Shown: one piece after another, positions 19,122-29,759 of the stretch
Position numbering within the stretch: the first letter of the stretch is position 1
Layout: each line of letters opens with the position of its first letter
NCBI GenBank assembly: GCA_964522985.1
Contig: CAZFXX010000001.1
Span: 1 to 50,517 of the forward strand
Reading direction: 5' to 3'
Source of the DNA: an uncultured Desulfobacteraceae bacterium
Lineage (GTDB): Bacteria > Desulfobacterota > Desulfobacteria > Desulfobacterales > 4572-123
DNA: 50,517 nt
Position numbers and translations under genes: made by a program
The notes under the pieces: model-generated
What the model saw: only the letters and a program-made list of their open reading frames with translations
Databases searched by the model: none
Told to the model about the DNA's origin: nothing

Positions 19122-20885
19122 TTAGAACAGTCCGGATACCTTGCCGGTTTCCGTATCCACGTCAATTCTTCTGAAAGCCGGATTGGAACTGGTTCCAGGC
19201 ATCAGGCTGATGGTACCGGCGCATGGACAAAGAAATTTTGCCCCGGAGTAGATGAGCACGTCGCGGATCGGCAACCGCCAACCCTTGGGCACACCCTTGA
19301 TGACCGGATCATGGGTCAGGCTCAAATGGGTCTTGACCATCATGGTGGCGAAGTCGGCGTATTTGGGATCACTTTCCAGCATCTTGGCCTTGGCTTCGGC
19401 TTCGGGCTGCCAGTCAACACCGTCAGCGCCATAGACTTCTTTGGCGATGAGATTGACGCGGTCGCGCAGCTTCATTTCCAGCGGATACAGAAAGTTGAAC
19501 TCGCCTTCATCATTGCAGGCATCGATGACCGCATCGGCGAGTTCGAGGGCGCCATCACCCCCTTTTTCCCAGTGCTTGGACTCGGCACAGCGTGCCCCGG
19601 CAGCTTCTGCGGCCTTGCGCACAATGGCGCATTCCGCATCGGTGTCGGTGTAGAACCGGTTAACGCAGACCACCGGGTTGATGCCGGATTTGCGGATGAC
19701 ATTGATCATATGGACCATGTTTTCACAGCCCTTTTCCACCAGATCGAGGTTCTCCTGGGTGTATTCGTCGGGCAGGACTTTGCCGGCAACGACCTTGGGG
19801 CCGCCGCCGTGCATTTTCAGGGCCCGGATAGTAGATGTGAGGACAGATACATGGGGTTTCAGACCACTAAAACGGCATTTGACGTTCCAAAATTTTTCAA
19901 AACCGATGTCGGCGGCAAAGCCGGATTCGGTGACATGATAGTCAAACAGCTTCAGACCGACGCGGTCGGCAATGATGGAGGACTGGCCCACGGCGATGTT
20001 GGCAAACGGCCCGGCGTGTACCATGCAGGGCTGATATTCGGCTGTGCACATCATGGTCGGGTTGATGGTGTTTCTCATGAATGCGGCCATAGCGTTGCCG
20101 ACTTCCAGATCCCCGGTGGTAATGGGTTTGCCGCTTTTGTCAAAGGCCACGGTGATGTTGTTGAGACGCTGCTTCAGGTCTGCCAGGTCTTTTGCGACAG
20201 CCAGGATGGCCATACATTCGGAACCTACGGCAATACCGAACTTGGATTGCATGGTGAATCCGTCCATGCGGCCACCCAGACCAATGACGATGTTCCGCAG
20301 GGCCTGGGCACAGAAATCGATAATCCAGCCCATCTCGACCCGGGTGGGATCAACGCTCAATCGGCGCATGCCGGTCAGGCGGGCGAGTTGCTCGTCGTTG
20401 TAGTTTCTTTCATGCTGCATACGGGATGTCAGGGCCACCATGGCCAGGTTGTGGGCATTCATGATGTCGTTGATGTCACCGGTCAGACCCAGAGAGAATT
20501 CGGTCATGGGGATCAGAAGAGAGTTGCCGCCGCCGGCCGCCGTTCCCTTGACGTTCATGGTCGGGCCCCCCGAAGGCTGGCGCAGGCAGCCGCCCACGTT
20601 AACGCCCCGTTTGCCGAGACCTTCCATCAGACCTACGGCGGTAGTGCTTTTCCCTTCACCCAGCGGAGTGGGGGTGATGGCGGTCACTTCAATATATTTT
20701 CCGTCGGGTTTGTCTTTCAGGCGATCGATAATTTTCAAAAAATCGAGTTTTGCAAGCCTGCCCATGGGTAAAACTTCTTCTTTTTGAAGACCCAGTTTCT
20801 CAATCCAGTCCTCGGGGAGCGGCATATTTGCCTCAGCCGCCTCGGAAATTTGCCAGTCAGCCATGTTCACTGCATCATAAGCCAT
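19122..20885 (-). CDS. fhs: Formate--tetrahydrofolate ligase
   Basis: 587 aa, full-length FTHFS. The nucleotide loop is [12 protein letters not shown] and the C-terminus is ...ETGKVSGLF. Confidence 0.95.
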   Translation of the reverse strand: MAYDAVNMADWQISEAAEANMPLPEDWIEKLGLQKEEVLPMGRLAKLDFLKIIDRLKDKPDGKYIEVTAITPTPLGEGKSTTAVGLMEGLGKRGVNVGGCLRQPSGGPTMNVKGTAAGGGNSLLIPMTEFSLGLTGDINDIMNAHNLAMVALTSRMQHERNYNDEQLARLTGMRRLSVDPTRVEMGWIIDFCAQALRNIVIGLGGRMDGFTMQSKFGIAVGSECMAILAVAKDLADLKQRLNNITVAFDKSGKPITTGDLEVGNAMAAFMRNTINPTMMCTAEYQPCMVHAGPFANIAVGQSSIIADRVGLKLFDYHVTESGFAADIGFEKFWNVKCRFSGLKPHVSVLTSTIRALKMHGGGPKVVAGKVLPDEYTQENLDLVEKGCENMVHMINVIRKSGINPVVCVNRFYTDTDAECAIVRKAAEAAGARCAESKHWEKGGDGALELADAVIDACNDEGEFNFLYPLEMKLRDRVNLIAKEVYGADGVDWQPEAEAKAKMLESDPKYADFATMMVKTHLSLTHDPVIKGVPKGWRLPIRDVLIYSGAKFLCPCAGTISLMPGTSSNPAFRRIDVDTETGKVSGLF

Positions 20886-21474
20886 TGAATACTTCCTCCT
20901 TTAATTTAATTATAGTTTGAAAAAACACCTCACAAGCTTCCCCGTATAACCAAACAGACGATTACAATAGTGTTCCGCCAGACCGCACCGGGGTGACGAT
21001 ATTATTCGGATACCCCTTGCTTGATCTTACCACCAATTCATTTTTAACATCAAACATCGTTTGATTATATTGAGCAAAGCTTTAAAATATTAAGGTTGTC
21101 ACATACCATGTGAGCTTTATCTTGGCAAGAAATATGTTTTCATAAAAAATAAAAACATAAGCGGTTAGTTTGCCCGGGAGAAGCTGATTTATCAACCCGA
21201 GGCTAAAAAATATCTTTCGGTCAACGGAAAACACCCCATATCTTTAAAAAAGTTAACATCCTTCCAAAATCCATTGCAAGATCGATTCTTAATAGTGCTG
21301 CCGGTTGTCATTATTGCAAAATTAGAATTGCCAAAACCGTTGGATTAGGCTTGACAAATCGCCTCGTCCTTATTAAAAACAGTATTTCTATACATGTGTA
21401 ATATTATTGAGTTGGAGCTATAATATTAGTGACACAAGCTATAATAAACCGCAAGTGAAAGGAGACTAAAGCAA

Positions 21475-22752
21475 ATGGCAAAACTGATTGAACCTCATGG
21501 TGGAAAAGGCTTGACCTGCTGCCTTCTTGAAGGCGCTGAACTCGAACAGAAAAGGAAAGAAGCGGCAGCTCTGAAACAAATCACAATCTCCCCCCGCGAA
21601 GAAGGTGACATCATTATGATGGGTATCGGAGGATTCAGCCCTTTAACAGGTTTTATGACCCGAGCGGACTGGAAGGGCGTATGCGACGACTTCCTGACAG
21701 CCGACGGAACTTTCTGGCCCATACCGGTTACGCTTTCCGCTGACAAGGCAGACGCCGACCAAATCGCTCACGGCGAAGAAATCGCTCTGGTTACAGCAGA
21801 CGGGGAAATCATGGCCACCATGAAAGTTACCGAAAAATATGACATGACGGCCGAAGACAAAAAATATGAATGCGAAAAAATATTCCAGGGCGAAGGAACA
21901 CCGACGGCTGAAGCTTTCTGGAAAGTCGCCATGGACGATCACCCTGGGGTTCAGATGGTCATGAACCAGAAGGACGTCAATCTGGCCGGTCCCATCAAGG
22001 TTCTGAGCGAAGGCGAATACCCGACCAAATACCCCGGTGTTTACATGCACCCGTCCGAGTCCCGCAAAATTTTTGAAGAAAAGGGCTGGAGTGAAGTGGC
22101 GGCCCTGCAGTTGCGGAACCCCATGCACCGTTCCCATGAATATCTCTGTAAAATCGCAATTGAAGTTTGCGACGGCGTCTATATCCATTCCCTGGTGGGA
22201 AACCTGAAACCCGGCGATATCCCGGCCGAAGTTCGTATCAACTGCATCGATGCGCTGGTAAAAAACTATTTTGTTGAAGACAACGTCGTCCAGGGTGGAT
22301 ATCCTCTTGACATGCGCTATGCCGGACCCCGTGAAGCACTACTGCACGCCACTTTCCGTCAGAACTACGGATGCTCCCGCATGATCATTGGCCGGGACCA
22401 TGCCGGTGTCGGTGATTTTTACGGCATGTTTGAAGCCCAAACCATCTTTGACAAAATTCCTGCACCTGAAGCGCCGGGTAAAGCATTGCTTTGTCTGCCC
22501 CTCAAAATCGACTGGACCTTCTACTGCTATAAATGCGACGGCATGGCCTCTTTGAGAACCTGCCCCCATGAAAAAGAGGACCGCGTGCTGCTCTCAGGAA
22601 CCATGTTGCGCAAGATGCTCTCCGAAGGGCAGGAACTTCCAGATCATTTCGGGCGCGATGAAGTCGTTGACATTCTCCGCACGTATTACGAAGGGCTCAC
22701 CGAAAAAGTCGAGATCAAACTACACGGTGCCGCCACCGGAAAGACCAAATAA
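21475..22752 (+). CDS. sat: Sulfate adenylyltransferase (ATP sulfurylase)
   Basis: 425 aa. Motifs are [11 protein letters not shown] and [11 protein letters not shown] aaaggag lies 10 nt upstream. Confidence 0.95.
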   Translation: MAKLIEPHGGKGLTCCLLEGAELEQKRKEAAALKQITISPREEGDIIMMGIGGFSPLTGFMTRADWKGVCDDFLTADGTFWPIPVTLSADKADADQIAHGEEIALVTADGEIMATMKVTEKYDMTAEDKKYECEKIFQGEGTPTAEAFWKVAMDDHPGVQMVMNQKDVNLAGPIKVLSEGEYPTKYPGVYMHPSESRKIFEEKGWSEVAALQLRNPMHRSHEYLCKIAIEVCDGVYIHSLVGNLKPGDIPAEVRINCIDALVKNYFVEDNVVQGGYPLDMRYAGPREALLHATFRQNYGCSRMIIGRDHAGVGDFYGMFEAQTIFDKIPAPEAPGKALLCLPLKIDWTFYCYKCDGMASLRTCPHEKEDRVLLSGTMLRKMLSEGQELPDHFGRDEVVDILRTYYEGLTEKVEIKLHGAATGKTK

Positions 22753-22782
22753 TTTTTTACTGATTGTTTGATTGAAATCGAT

Positions 22783-22822
22783 AAAAAAGGGGGTGATGTT
22801 TTTCACATCGCCCCCTTTTTTT
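22783..22822. terminator. Bidirectional rho-independent terminator after sat
   Basis: The sequence is aaaaaa-GGGGGTGATG-tttttca-CATCGCCCCC-ttttttt, a GC-rich stem (one G-T wobble) flanked by an A-run and a T-run. Confidence 0.75.
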
Positions 22823-23108
22823 AAAAAACCGCACTTTTCATGACTGTATACGTCATTTCACCCCAGCCGTTGCTGGCTTTACCCGCCGCTCCAAGTCTAA
22901 AACAATCAAAGGGTTCCCATAACCGGTTAACTGGAATACCATAAGAATAGAGGGTAAATTTATGCCCACCCTGACGATAGACCTGATAAGAACATAGATT
23001 GCTGAATCTGCCATACTCTACAATTTGAACTGCCCGGATTTTAATTTTTGAACAAATTTTTTTCAAAACATTTTGCACGAATCTTACTGTCGTTAACCAG
23101 ACCGACAC
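22821..23108 (-). CDS. Hypothetical protein (weak)
   Basis: A 95-aa ORF convergent with sat, ending inside the terminator. No family recognised. It sits in a 690-bp otherwise non-coding stretch. Confidence 0.25.
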   Translation of the reverse strand: MSVWLTTVRFVQNVLKKICSKIKIRAVQIVEYGRFSNLCSYQVYRQGGHKFTLYSYGIPVNRLWEPFDCFRLGAAGKASNGWGEMTYTVMKSAVF

Positions 23109-23258
23109 CTGCCTGCCAAGATGCCATCATAATTCAATTCTGTCTTTGTAAGAAAAATCAAATCACTTCCAGAACCTGGTTTCATACAATTTCTGCCAGG
23201 TCAAGCATATCAACGCTTTACAGGGCTGCTCTCCTATTTAGCGATTTCAAGCCGTTTC

Positions 23259-23292
23259 TTATTTAGGCCATACGTACGTATGGCCTAAATAA
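23259..23292. repeat. Perfect 34-bp palindrome
   Basis: TTATTTAGGCCATACGT|ACGTATGGCCTAAATAA. All 17 base pairs were checked by hand. The location is intergenic. Confidence 0.95.
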
Positions 23293-23439
23293 TTTAAGGG
23301 CAATTTGAAAATATTTCTACTCACCAATTTGTTAACTATCTGATATTATATAATTTTTTATTATCGGATGGGTGGTATCCATCAGGAACAGACGCTATCT
23401 AAAACTTACAGGTAATCCGGCATATAATACACACGGCCA

Positions 23440-23805
23440 TCAATCGCTTTTCAGATTCTCTTCATATCCCTCTTTTACAAGAAGTTTTCGATACCACAGG
23501 GCGAATTCATACATACCCTGAAACCGTTCGTCGTTATTGATAATGCCATGGCAAATCTCTACGACACCTCTCCCGTATGCATTGCTATACTGATCAAAAG
23601 TACGCGATTGAAGGAACTCTCTGACCAATTGCTGGGTTGTTCTCCTGGTTTTATCTTTACGGATATCGATCGGATCCTTAGGCTCCTCGAACGGATCCCA
23701 CTTTTCATACCCTTTTTTAACGATGTGCTTCTGCCTTTTAGGCGACATAGAATCGAAGATCGCCTTTTTTCGTTCCTCTATTTCCTCGGATGTCAGCGTA
23801 TTCAC
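23440..23805 (-). CDS. Hypothetical protein
   Basis: 121 aa with a GTG start preceded by GGGGAG. It is in frame with the upstream gene across a TAG codon. No family recognised. Confidence 0.5.
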   Translation of the reverse strand: MNTLTSEEIEERKKAIFDSMSPKRQKHIVKKGYEKWDPFEEPKDPIDIRKDKTRRTTQQLVREFLQSRTFDQYSNAYGRGVVEICHGIINNDERFQGMYEFALWYRKLLVKEGYEENLKSD

Positions 23806-23814
23806 TTGTCTCCC

Positions 23815-24498
23815 CTATCTGATAATTCTGAAATCACCGGCTTTGTGCCCATCATTTATCCCAAGATATTCTTCCGTGTAGTCTGTTAACAGTGCCATAG
23901 AAAGCGGTACCAGCATATCTGCAAGTTTTACATACCTTGATTTAATATCAAAAATCAACTCAGCGGAAATTTGCTGCAATCGGCTAAACAGTTGATCCAT
24001 ATTAACCGTTGGATAAGTCCCCCCCGGCTCAAACCCGGATTTACCGCATGTGTAGCCACGGCCATTAATGGCCGTAGGGATTCCGTACAGTCGACAGGTT
24101 GCCGGTCGAAACGCATACATCTCACACATTTTATTATCATTTAGCAGAGGGCAGCGAACGTGCTGCAGTGCCAATTCCGATAAAATTTCCGCCTCACTCG
24201 ATCCCTTTTCCAGCTTATTAAACGCAGACCGTTTTATTTTGTGAATTATTCTATCCGCCCGATTGGCTCTTTCTTCAATTATTACCCTGTCCTGGGCTTC
24301 GAAAACCGCTTTAAACTTATTGTTCAGATACAAGGCTTCGATCAGCGTGAGATCGAACATAGCATAGCAACAATCATCACATCCGCTGGTACATTTTACG
24401 CATTCGGGGTAATCATTTTTTACCCGCATAAAAATATCATCTGTTGTTTTAATTAGCGTTTCATATTTTTTAAAATATGGTGAAAAATCGACGTCCAT
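23815..24498 (-). CDS. YkgJ-family (CxxCxxCC) cysteine-cluster protein
   Basis: 227 aa. It has the CVKCTSGCDDCC motif plus downstream Cys pairs (RCPLL...C..Y..RP..CRLYG) typical of UPF0153/YkgJ. The stop codon is TAG. Confidence 0.7.
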   Translation of the reverse strand: MDVDFSPYFKKYETLIKTTDDIFMRVKNDYPECVKCTSGCDDCCYAMFDLTLIEALYLNNKFKAVFEAQDRVIIEERANRADRIIHKIKRSAFNKLEKGSSEAEILSELALQHVRCPLLNDNKMCEMYAFRPATCRLYGIPTAINGRGYTCGKSGFEPGGTYPTVNMDQLFSRLQQISAELIFDIKSRYVKLADMLVPLSMALLTDYTEEYLGINDGHKAGDFRIIR

Positions 24499-24572
24499 CT
24501 CTCCCCCTCAGTCAACAAAAACCAAGTTAGCACCATTTTACAATAAACAATCCAAATGTTTCACGTGAAACA

Positions 24573-25970
24573 TTATTTGCCGACACAAAACTGATCAAAT
24601 ATTTTTTCCTGGACATCCGTATCGACAATTACCCCAAGAACGTGATTAAGGTTATTGATGGCATCTTTAATATCGAAAACGACCAGTTCTAAAAACACGC
24701 CCTCTTCTATACTCGTGATTGCGTCGGTGATATTTCTTGCAGCTTTTTCGATCATCTTCTTTTGCCTTAAATTTGGTATAATTTTATAACCGCCTTCGGG
24801 CGCAGTCTCCATCGCAACAGTTTGAAATATTTTTTTTTTCAACCCTTTAATTCCGGCATTCCTTAGTACGGAAACATCGATTTCATTTATATTTTTCCAT
24901 TGTGTTGTGTCGCTGCCTTCGGTTGGGGCAATATCGATCTTGTTTCTAACGATAATGTGTTTTTTATGTTTGATTTGTTTATATATTCTGTGGTCATTCT
25001 CATCCATGGGCACAGAGGCATCTTTCATAAAGATAATCAAATCCGCATTGTTTATACACTCGTCCGTTTTTCTTATACCCATCGCCTCAACAGGATCAGC
25101 GGCTTGGTGTAAACCGGCTGTGTCTGCCAGCAACACAGTAACACCATGAATATTTATCGTTTCTTCAATCATATCCCTTGTGGTACCGGGGATGTCCGTA
25201 ACGAGTACTCTTTCTTTTTCAAGCATACGATTCATCAGGCTCGATTTTCCGACATTTGGTTTCCCGATTATAGCGATTTTTATTCCCTCACGGATAACAT
25301 GGCCATTTTCATAGTTAGAAAGCAATTCTCTTAGCGGCTTTTCACCCCACTCTTTTAGTTTGACTAGCGTTTCCGAAGTTTCAAACGCATCATCCATATC
25401 CTCAGGGAAATCGATAAAAGCCTCACATACGACCTGAATTTTTAAAAGTTCGTTCCTGACCACCATTATACGCTCTTTTAAAGCCCCTTTGAGCTGAGCC
25501 GCTGCAATATCAAGTGCTAGTTTTGATTTTGCATTGATTATATCCATGACCGCCTCGGCCTGCGTTAAATCGATTCTCCCATTTAGAAAAGCTCTTCGAG
25601 TAAATTCACCGGGTTGCGCAAGCTCAGCACCGAAGTCCAAAACCAAACTTAAAATTGCCTGCAGTACCGCCCGTCCGGAGTGTGAATGAATTTCGATTAT
25701 ATCCTCCCGGGTATAACTGCCTGGCGATTTCATAAAAACGATTAGAACTTCGTCTATGAGATCATCCGTATCGGGGTCGATGATGTGGCCATAATAAAAT
25801 CGATGGGATTGGAAAAAAACTCCGGTATTGTCGACAGGGGTCTGCCGGGATTTCTTATGAAATACCTTTTTCCCGATCGTAAGGGCTAATGAACCGGAAA
25901 TTTTTATTATCCCTATCCCTCCTGTGCCCTGGGGAGTGGAAATCGCAGCGATGGTGCCTCTTTCCATCAT
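24573..25970 (-). CDS. mnmE: tRNA modification GTPase MnmE
   Basis: 465 aa. Motifs are N-terminal IAAISTP.G.GGIGIIKISG, G1 GKPNVGKSSL and DTAG. The C-terminal motif is FCVGK. Confidence 0.95.
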   Translation of the reverse strand: MMERGTIAAISTPQGTGGIGIIKISGSLALTIGKKVFHKKSRQTPVDNTGVFFQSHRFYYGHIIDPDTDDLIDEVLIVFMKSPGSYTREDIIEIHSHSGRAVLQAILSLVLDFGAELAQPGEFTRRAFLNGRIDLTQAEAVMDIINAKSKLALDIAAAQLKGALKERIMVVRNELLKIQVVCEAFIDFPEDMDDAFETSETLVKLKEWGEKPLRELLSNYENGHVIREGIKIAIIGKPNVGKSSLMNRMLEKERVLVTDIPGTTRDMIEETINIHGVTVLLADTAGLHQAADPVEAMGIRKTDECINNADLIIFMKDASVPMDENDHRIYKQIKHKKHIIVRNKIDIAPTEGSDTTQWKNINEIDVSVLRNAGIKGLKKKIFQTVAMETAPEGGYKIIPNLRQKKMIEKAARNITDAITSIEEGVFLELVVFDIKDAINNLNHVLGVIVDTDVQEKIFDQFCVGK

Positions 25971-26198
25971 ATCTTTTCTTTTTGAATCTTGTAATCTTCA
26001 CACGAAAGATATTTATAAAAAAAAAACTTACTCATCAATAACCGGCCTGTAAAGAATTTTTAGTATTTTCAATATATTATAGTAATAATACTCGGTTGGG
26101 GCGCGCCTATGAATCTATACAGCCCATTATCACGAGAAAAATTTTTTTTAACACCCAGCCCAAAACGAACACAAGTTTTATAGTCAGGGTTCTGAGAC

Positions 26199-26999
26199 CT
26201 ATTGAAGGGTATCATTTTTGTTTTGTTTCGGGAAAATTATTAATTTCCTATAAAACCCCTGCCCTCGGCTTTGGGTTCTGACGCTGGTGTCAGCTTTCAA
26301 GGCGATATGAACGATCCGCCGATCATGGGCGTTGAGCTGTCCCAAAGAAACAGGCTTGCCGGTTTTTTTTGATTTATCGGCCAGCTTTTCAGCCATCTCC
26401 ACAAGCTTTATTTCCTTATTTTTTATATAGTCTTCAATATCGACTCTTACCCTAATTCTGTTTTCACGGTTCTTGTTTACGATTTTTTCAAGTACATATT
26501 GAATCGCTTCCAATGTCTGCCCTCTTTTTCCTATCAGCCGTGAAGCGTCTCCACCAGATATCAAAAAATTAATTACTTCCGGTTCCTGAGCAACCGTAAT
26601 TTCGGCATCATTGCTGATACAGTCGATAATTCTTTTTAATGCCCTGCGCCCTTTTTCACCAGGGTCTATAAGTTCATCAACAACCGCTTCCGGATTGACC
26701 TTTTTTTCGTTCTGATCGATTTTTTCTATAGCGAATTCATTTTTGCTTCTGATTTTATCTGGAACAATTGGTTGGGGTTGCTTTTCCCTCACATTATTGG
26801 GCTTTTTTACTTGTTCATTATTTTCCTCAAGGATAACCCTGATTTTAGCCCTTTTCCGCCCTACCAGCCCAAAAATTCCGGTTGATCCATATGAGATGAT
26901 CTCATATTTCAAATTTTCTTTGCTTTTGTTCAGCTTCGTGCTGGCGGCATTTATTGCCTTTTCCACATTTTTGGCTTCGAACTCAAAACTTGGAGCCAT
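26199..26999 (-). CDS. jag: Jag/KhpB RNA-binding protein (Jag_N-KH-R3H)
   Basis: 266 aa, immediately downstream of yidC. The KH-like core is GKRGQTLEAIQYV and the R3H motif is HDRRIVHIAL. TAG stop. Confidence 0.85.
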   Translation of the reverse strand: MAPSFEFEAKNVEKAINAASTKLNKSKENLKYEIISYGSTGIFGLVGRKRAKIRVILEENNEQVKKPNNVREKQPQPIVPDKIRSKNEFAIEKIDQNEKKVNPEAVVDELIDPGEKGRRALKRIIDCISNDAEITVAQEPEVINFLISGGDASRLIGKRGQTLEAIQYVLEKIVNKNRENRIRVRVDIEDYIKNKEIKLVEMAEKLADKSKKTGKPVSLGQLNAHDRRIVHIALKADTSVRTQSRGQGFYRKLIIFPKQNKNDTLQ

Positions 27000-27014
27000 T
27001 TGAAACCTCCGTTA

Positions 27015-28670
27015 TTATGCCATTTTCTTTTGTGTATAATACTGTTGAGCAATAGAAAGAATGTTATTTATAAGCCAGTATAAAACGAGTCCTGATGAAA
27101 AATTTATAAAAATAACTGTGAATATAACCGGCATAAACATCATCATTTTGGCCTGTGTCGGATCTCCCGGACTAGGTGTCAATTTTTGCTGTAAAAACAT
27201 TGTCGCCCCCATCACGATAGTTAAAACAGGGATACCGTACGGGGGTTCCATGAAAGGTATTGAAATATCAAAATGAAACAATCGGTCCGGTGCCGACAAA
27301 TCATTGATCCACATAAAGAAAGGCGCGTGCCTTAATTCTATCGCCTCATAGAGCATTCTATAAAGGGCAAAAAAGACGGGCATCTGGACCACCATTGGCA
27401 AACAGCCGCCCATGGGATTGATTTTATATACCTTATACAGTCCCATGAGTTCCTGGTTCATTCTTTTTTTATCATCCTTGTACTTCTCCCTTAGTTCAGC
27501 CATCAAGGGTTGGATTTTTTTCATCTCCCCCATTGATTTATAACTTTTGTTGCCGAGAGGCCACAACAATAGCTTTGTGAAGAGGGTCAGTATGATAATG
27601 GCAATTCCATAATTGGGAATAAATCCGTATACAAAATTCATTATCCAGAGGCAGGGTTTGGCAAGTATATCAAACATACCGAAATTAATGGCCTTGCCGA
27701 GCCCGTTGTTAATATCCGCCAGGACTTTCATGCTTTTTGGACCGAAATAGAGATCAAATACAAATTGCTTGTACTCACCGGGATTGATATTTTTCATTTC
27801 GGTTATCAGCCGGCTCTCTATAATATTCTCTTCATGCTGCAAAACCTGCAGTATGGCATCATCTGTATTTCCGGGTATAACACTTTCCAAAAAATAGCGA
27901 TCTTGCAGGGCAATCCAGTTTATCTTGCCTTCAAAAGTATCCTTATCTTTCAGCTTCTTTGTTTTTATTTGTTCGAGTTTCTGGTTGATAAGAGCACTGG
28001 GGCCTGTAAATCCATAAACACGCCCACCTTCAGTGAATGCCTTTTCAATGGACAAAATAAGATGGTCCACCAAGGGGCGGTCCGATCCATTTTTGATTGT
28101 CAGATTGAGACCGATCAGATAGGTATCTGGTGAAAAACTATACTCCTTTTCCACCGTTATACCATCAGTGGAGATCCATATAAATTTAATTGACTGCGTT
28201 TCCGATATTATTTCGATTTTTTCATCACTGACTTCCGCGTTATATACAGCGCCTATCATTTCAGGAATACTTTCGTTTTTGGACCAGGTGCGACAAACAC
28301 CCTTTGTCATATCTTTTGATATTAACTCTTTAAATGGAGATGTTTTTTCAACCGTTTCCCGGTATTTTTTTAACATAAAACTTTTTAAAACAGCGCCGTT
28401 TTCAGATATTTCAGCAGTATACAATTCTGTATCAATCCTAATTGTCCGGCCTGTACCCGCTATTGCTGAAGGTTTTGCAGGAGACTCATTGCCAATACTT
28501 CCGGCACTTAATTCTTCTTCAGGAGTAAATTTTTTTTGTTTTTCAACTTGGAGGACCTGTGTTTCTTCGCTGGTTTTATTGACGGCGTCTTTATCAACAG
28601 TAAAATATTCCCACAAAAAAAACACAAGAAAACTCAATACAATAGCAATAACCACTCTGGATTGATCCAT
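27015..28670 (-). CDS. yidC: Membrane protein insertase YidC
   Basis: 551 aa. It has an N-terminal TM segment, a large periplasmic domain, and the conserved C-terminal core (GCLPMVVQMPVFFALY...). Confidence 0.95.
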   Translation of the reverse strand: MDQSRVVIAIVLSFLVFFLWEYFTVDKDAVNKTSEETQVLQVEKQKKFTPEEELSAGSIGNESPAKPSAIAGTGRTIRIDTELYTAEISENGAVLKSFMLKKYRETVEKTSPFKELISKDMTKGVCRTWSKNESIPEMIGAVYNAEVSDEKIEIISETQSIKFIWISTDGITVEKEYSFSPDTYLIGLNLTIKNGSDRPLVDHLILSIEKAFTEGGRVYGFTGPSALINQKLEQIKTKKLKDKDTFEGKINWIALQDRYFLESVIPGNTDDAILQVLQHEENIIESRLITEMKNINPGEYKQFVFDLYFGPKSMKVLADINNGLGKAINFGMFDILAKPCLWIMNFVYGFIPNYGIAIIILTLFTKLLLWPLGNKSYKSMGEMKKIQPLMAELREKYKDDKKRMNQELMGLYKVYKINPMGGCLPMVVQMPVFFALYRMLYEAIELRHAPFFMWINDLSAPDRLFHFDISIPFMEPPYGIPVLTIVMGATMFLQQKLTPSPGDPTQAKMMMFMPVIFTVIFINFSSGLVLYWLINNILSIAQQYYTQKKMA

Positions 28671-29019
28671 TTTTTTCTCCCTGGGTAGTACGACTCTTTC
28701 TTTGATATTTTAATTGATAGCGAGATTAGAATATTTGCAGTAATTCTTGAGGCAGGTTTCTGAGGACTGTGGAAAAAACAAATTGTCCGGGATAGATTGT
28801 CAATCAACCTTGAATAGAGGCGGCACAATCTTACCAAAGCCGTATTTTCCATACCGGTTTATGGGCCTTGAATGCAGCTCTGTTTCAGGCCAGATCCTTT
28901 TGCAATTATTTTAAGCGCTACCCTGAGAAGTCCTTTTTAAAAACTTGGGTTCTTTAAATTACAAGTATCTATCCACATTTTTGCTGCCATAAACCTGAAC
29001 ATACTTAGCCTTTTCCCTG

Positions 29020-29256
29020 TTATGGTACAGGATCAAATCCCCCGGGATTAAACGGATGACAGCGCAGTATCCTTCTTACAGCCAGCAGAGAGCCTTTCAG
29101 GGCGCCATACTTGGAAACCGCCTGATACGAATATTCTGAGCAACTGGGGTAAAAACGACACGACGGTCCCAAGACCGGGGAAATAAGATACTGATACGTC
29201 CGGATGAGTAGCAAAAATATTCTTTTAATCACGTTTATTATTTGATATTTCATCAA
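29020..29256 (-). CDS. yidD: Membrane protein insertion efficiency factor YidD
   Basis: 78 aa. The sequence [18 protein letters not shown]....GALKG......RILRCHP is the canonical YidD signature. Confidence 0.9.
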   Translation of the reverse strand: MMKYQIINVIKRIFLLLIRTYQYLISPVLGPSCRFYPSCSEYSYQAVSKYGALKGSLLAVRRILRCHPFNPGGFDPVP

Positions 29257-29548
29257 ATATTCTTTGAAGTGCTGTAAACAATTTTTCAGATGTGGCCTCA
29301 GCAGCAGCCTTGGTTGCGATTATATTTATATCCCAGATTCCTCTTATCGTTAACCTTCGGGTTCTGAAATATTCCCTTACAAGTCGCCTAATTCTGTTTC
29401 TGGTTACAGCACAGCCTACTTTTTTGGTTACAGTTATACCAAGCCGGCAATTTTCGGCTTTTCCGGGTAAAAAATTTCCAATAAAAAGTGCATTTCGGAC
29501 TCTTCTCCCTGACCTGGATAAGCTTATAAATTCATTCCGTTTTAACAA
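29225..29548 (-). CDS. rnpA: Ribonuclease P protein component
   Basis: 107 aa and basic. The RNR-type motif is [22 protein letters not shown]. It overlaps yidD by 32 nt and lies downstream of rpmH. Confidence 0.9.
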   Translation of the reverse strand: MLKRNEFISLSRSGRRVRNALFIGNFLPGKAENCRLGITVTKKVGCAVTRNRIRRLVREYFRTRRLTIRGIWDINIIATKAAAEATSEKLFTALQRIFDEISNNKRD

Positions 29549-29624
29549 TCTCTCGAATTTTTTAAAAAAAAACGAAATTTTACTTGATCCCTGTAACCCT
29601 TTTATGTTATTTTTATTAATATTT

Positions 29625-29759
29625 TTAAGCGGTTAGTTTTTGTCTGCCCTTGGCTCTGCGCCTATTTACAATCCTTCGCCCAGCTTTGGTTGACATTCGT
29701 TTTAAAAATCCATGTGTTCTTGCCCGCTTAATTCTGCTGGGTTGATATGTTCTTTTCAT
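29625..29759 (-). CDS. rpmH: 50S ribosomal protein L34 (too short for the ORF track)
   Basis: Hand translation of the minus strand gives [44 protein letters not shown] followed by TAA. Confidence 0.95.
   Translation of the reverse strand: MKRTYQPSRIKRARTHGFLKRMSTKAGRRIVNRRRAKGRQKLTA

Noticed and set aside
18930-20771. A 613-aa ORF on the + strand, fully antisense to fhs
   Set aside because: It is a shadow ORF of a GC-rich, strongly conserved gene. Its translation is low-complexity (G/A/H/V-rich) with no recognisable motifs, whereas the minus-strand product is an unmistakable formate-THF ligase.
28634-28852. A 72-aa ORF in the yidC-yidD gap
   Set aside because: It overlaps the yidC start and has no RBS or recognisable family. 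The gap is treated as non-coding (see the DnaA-box finding).
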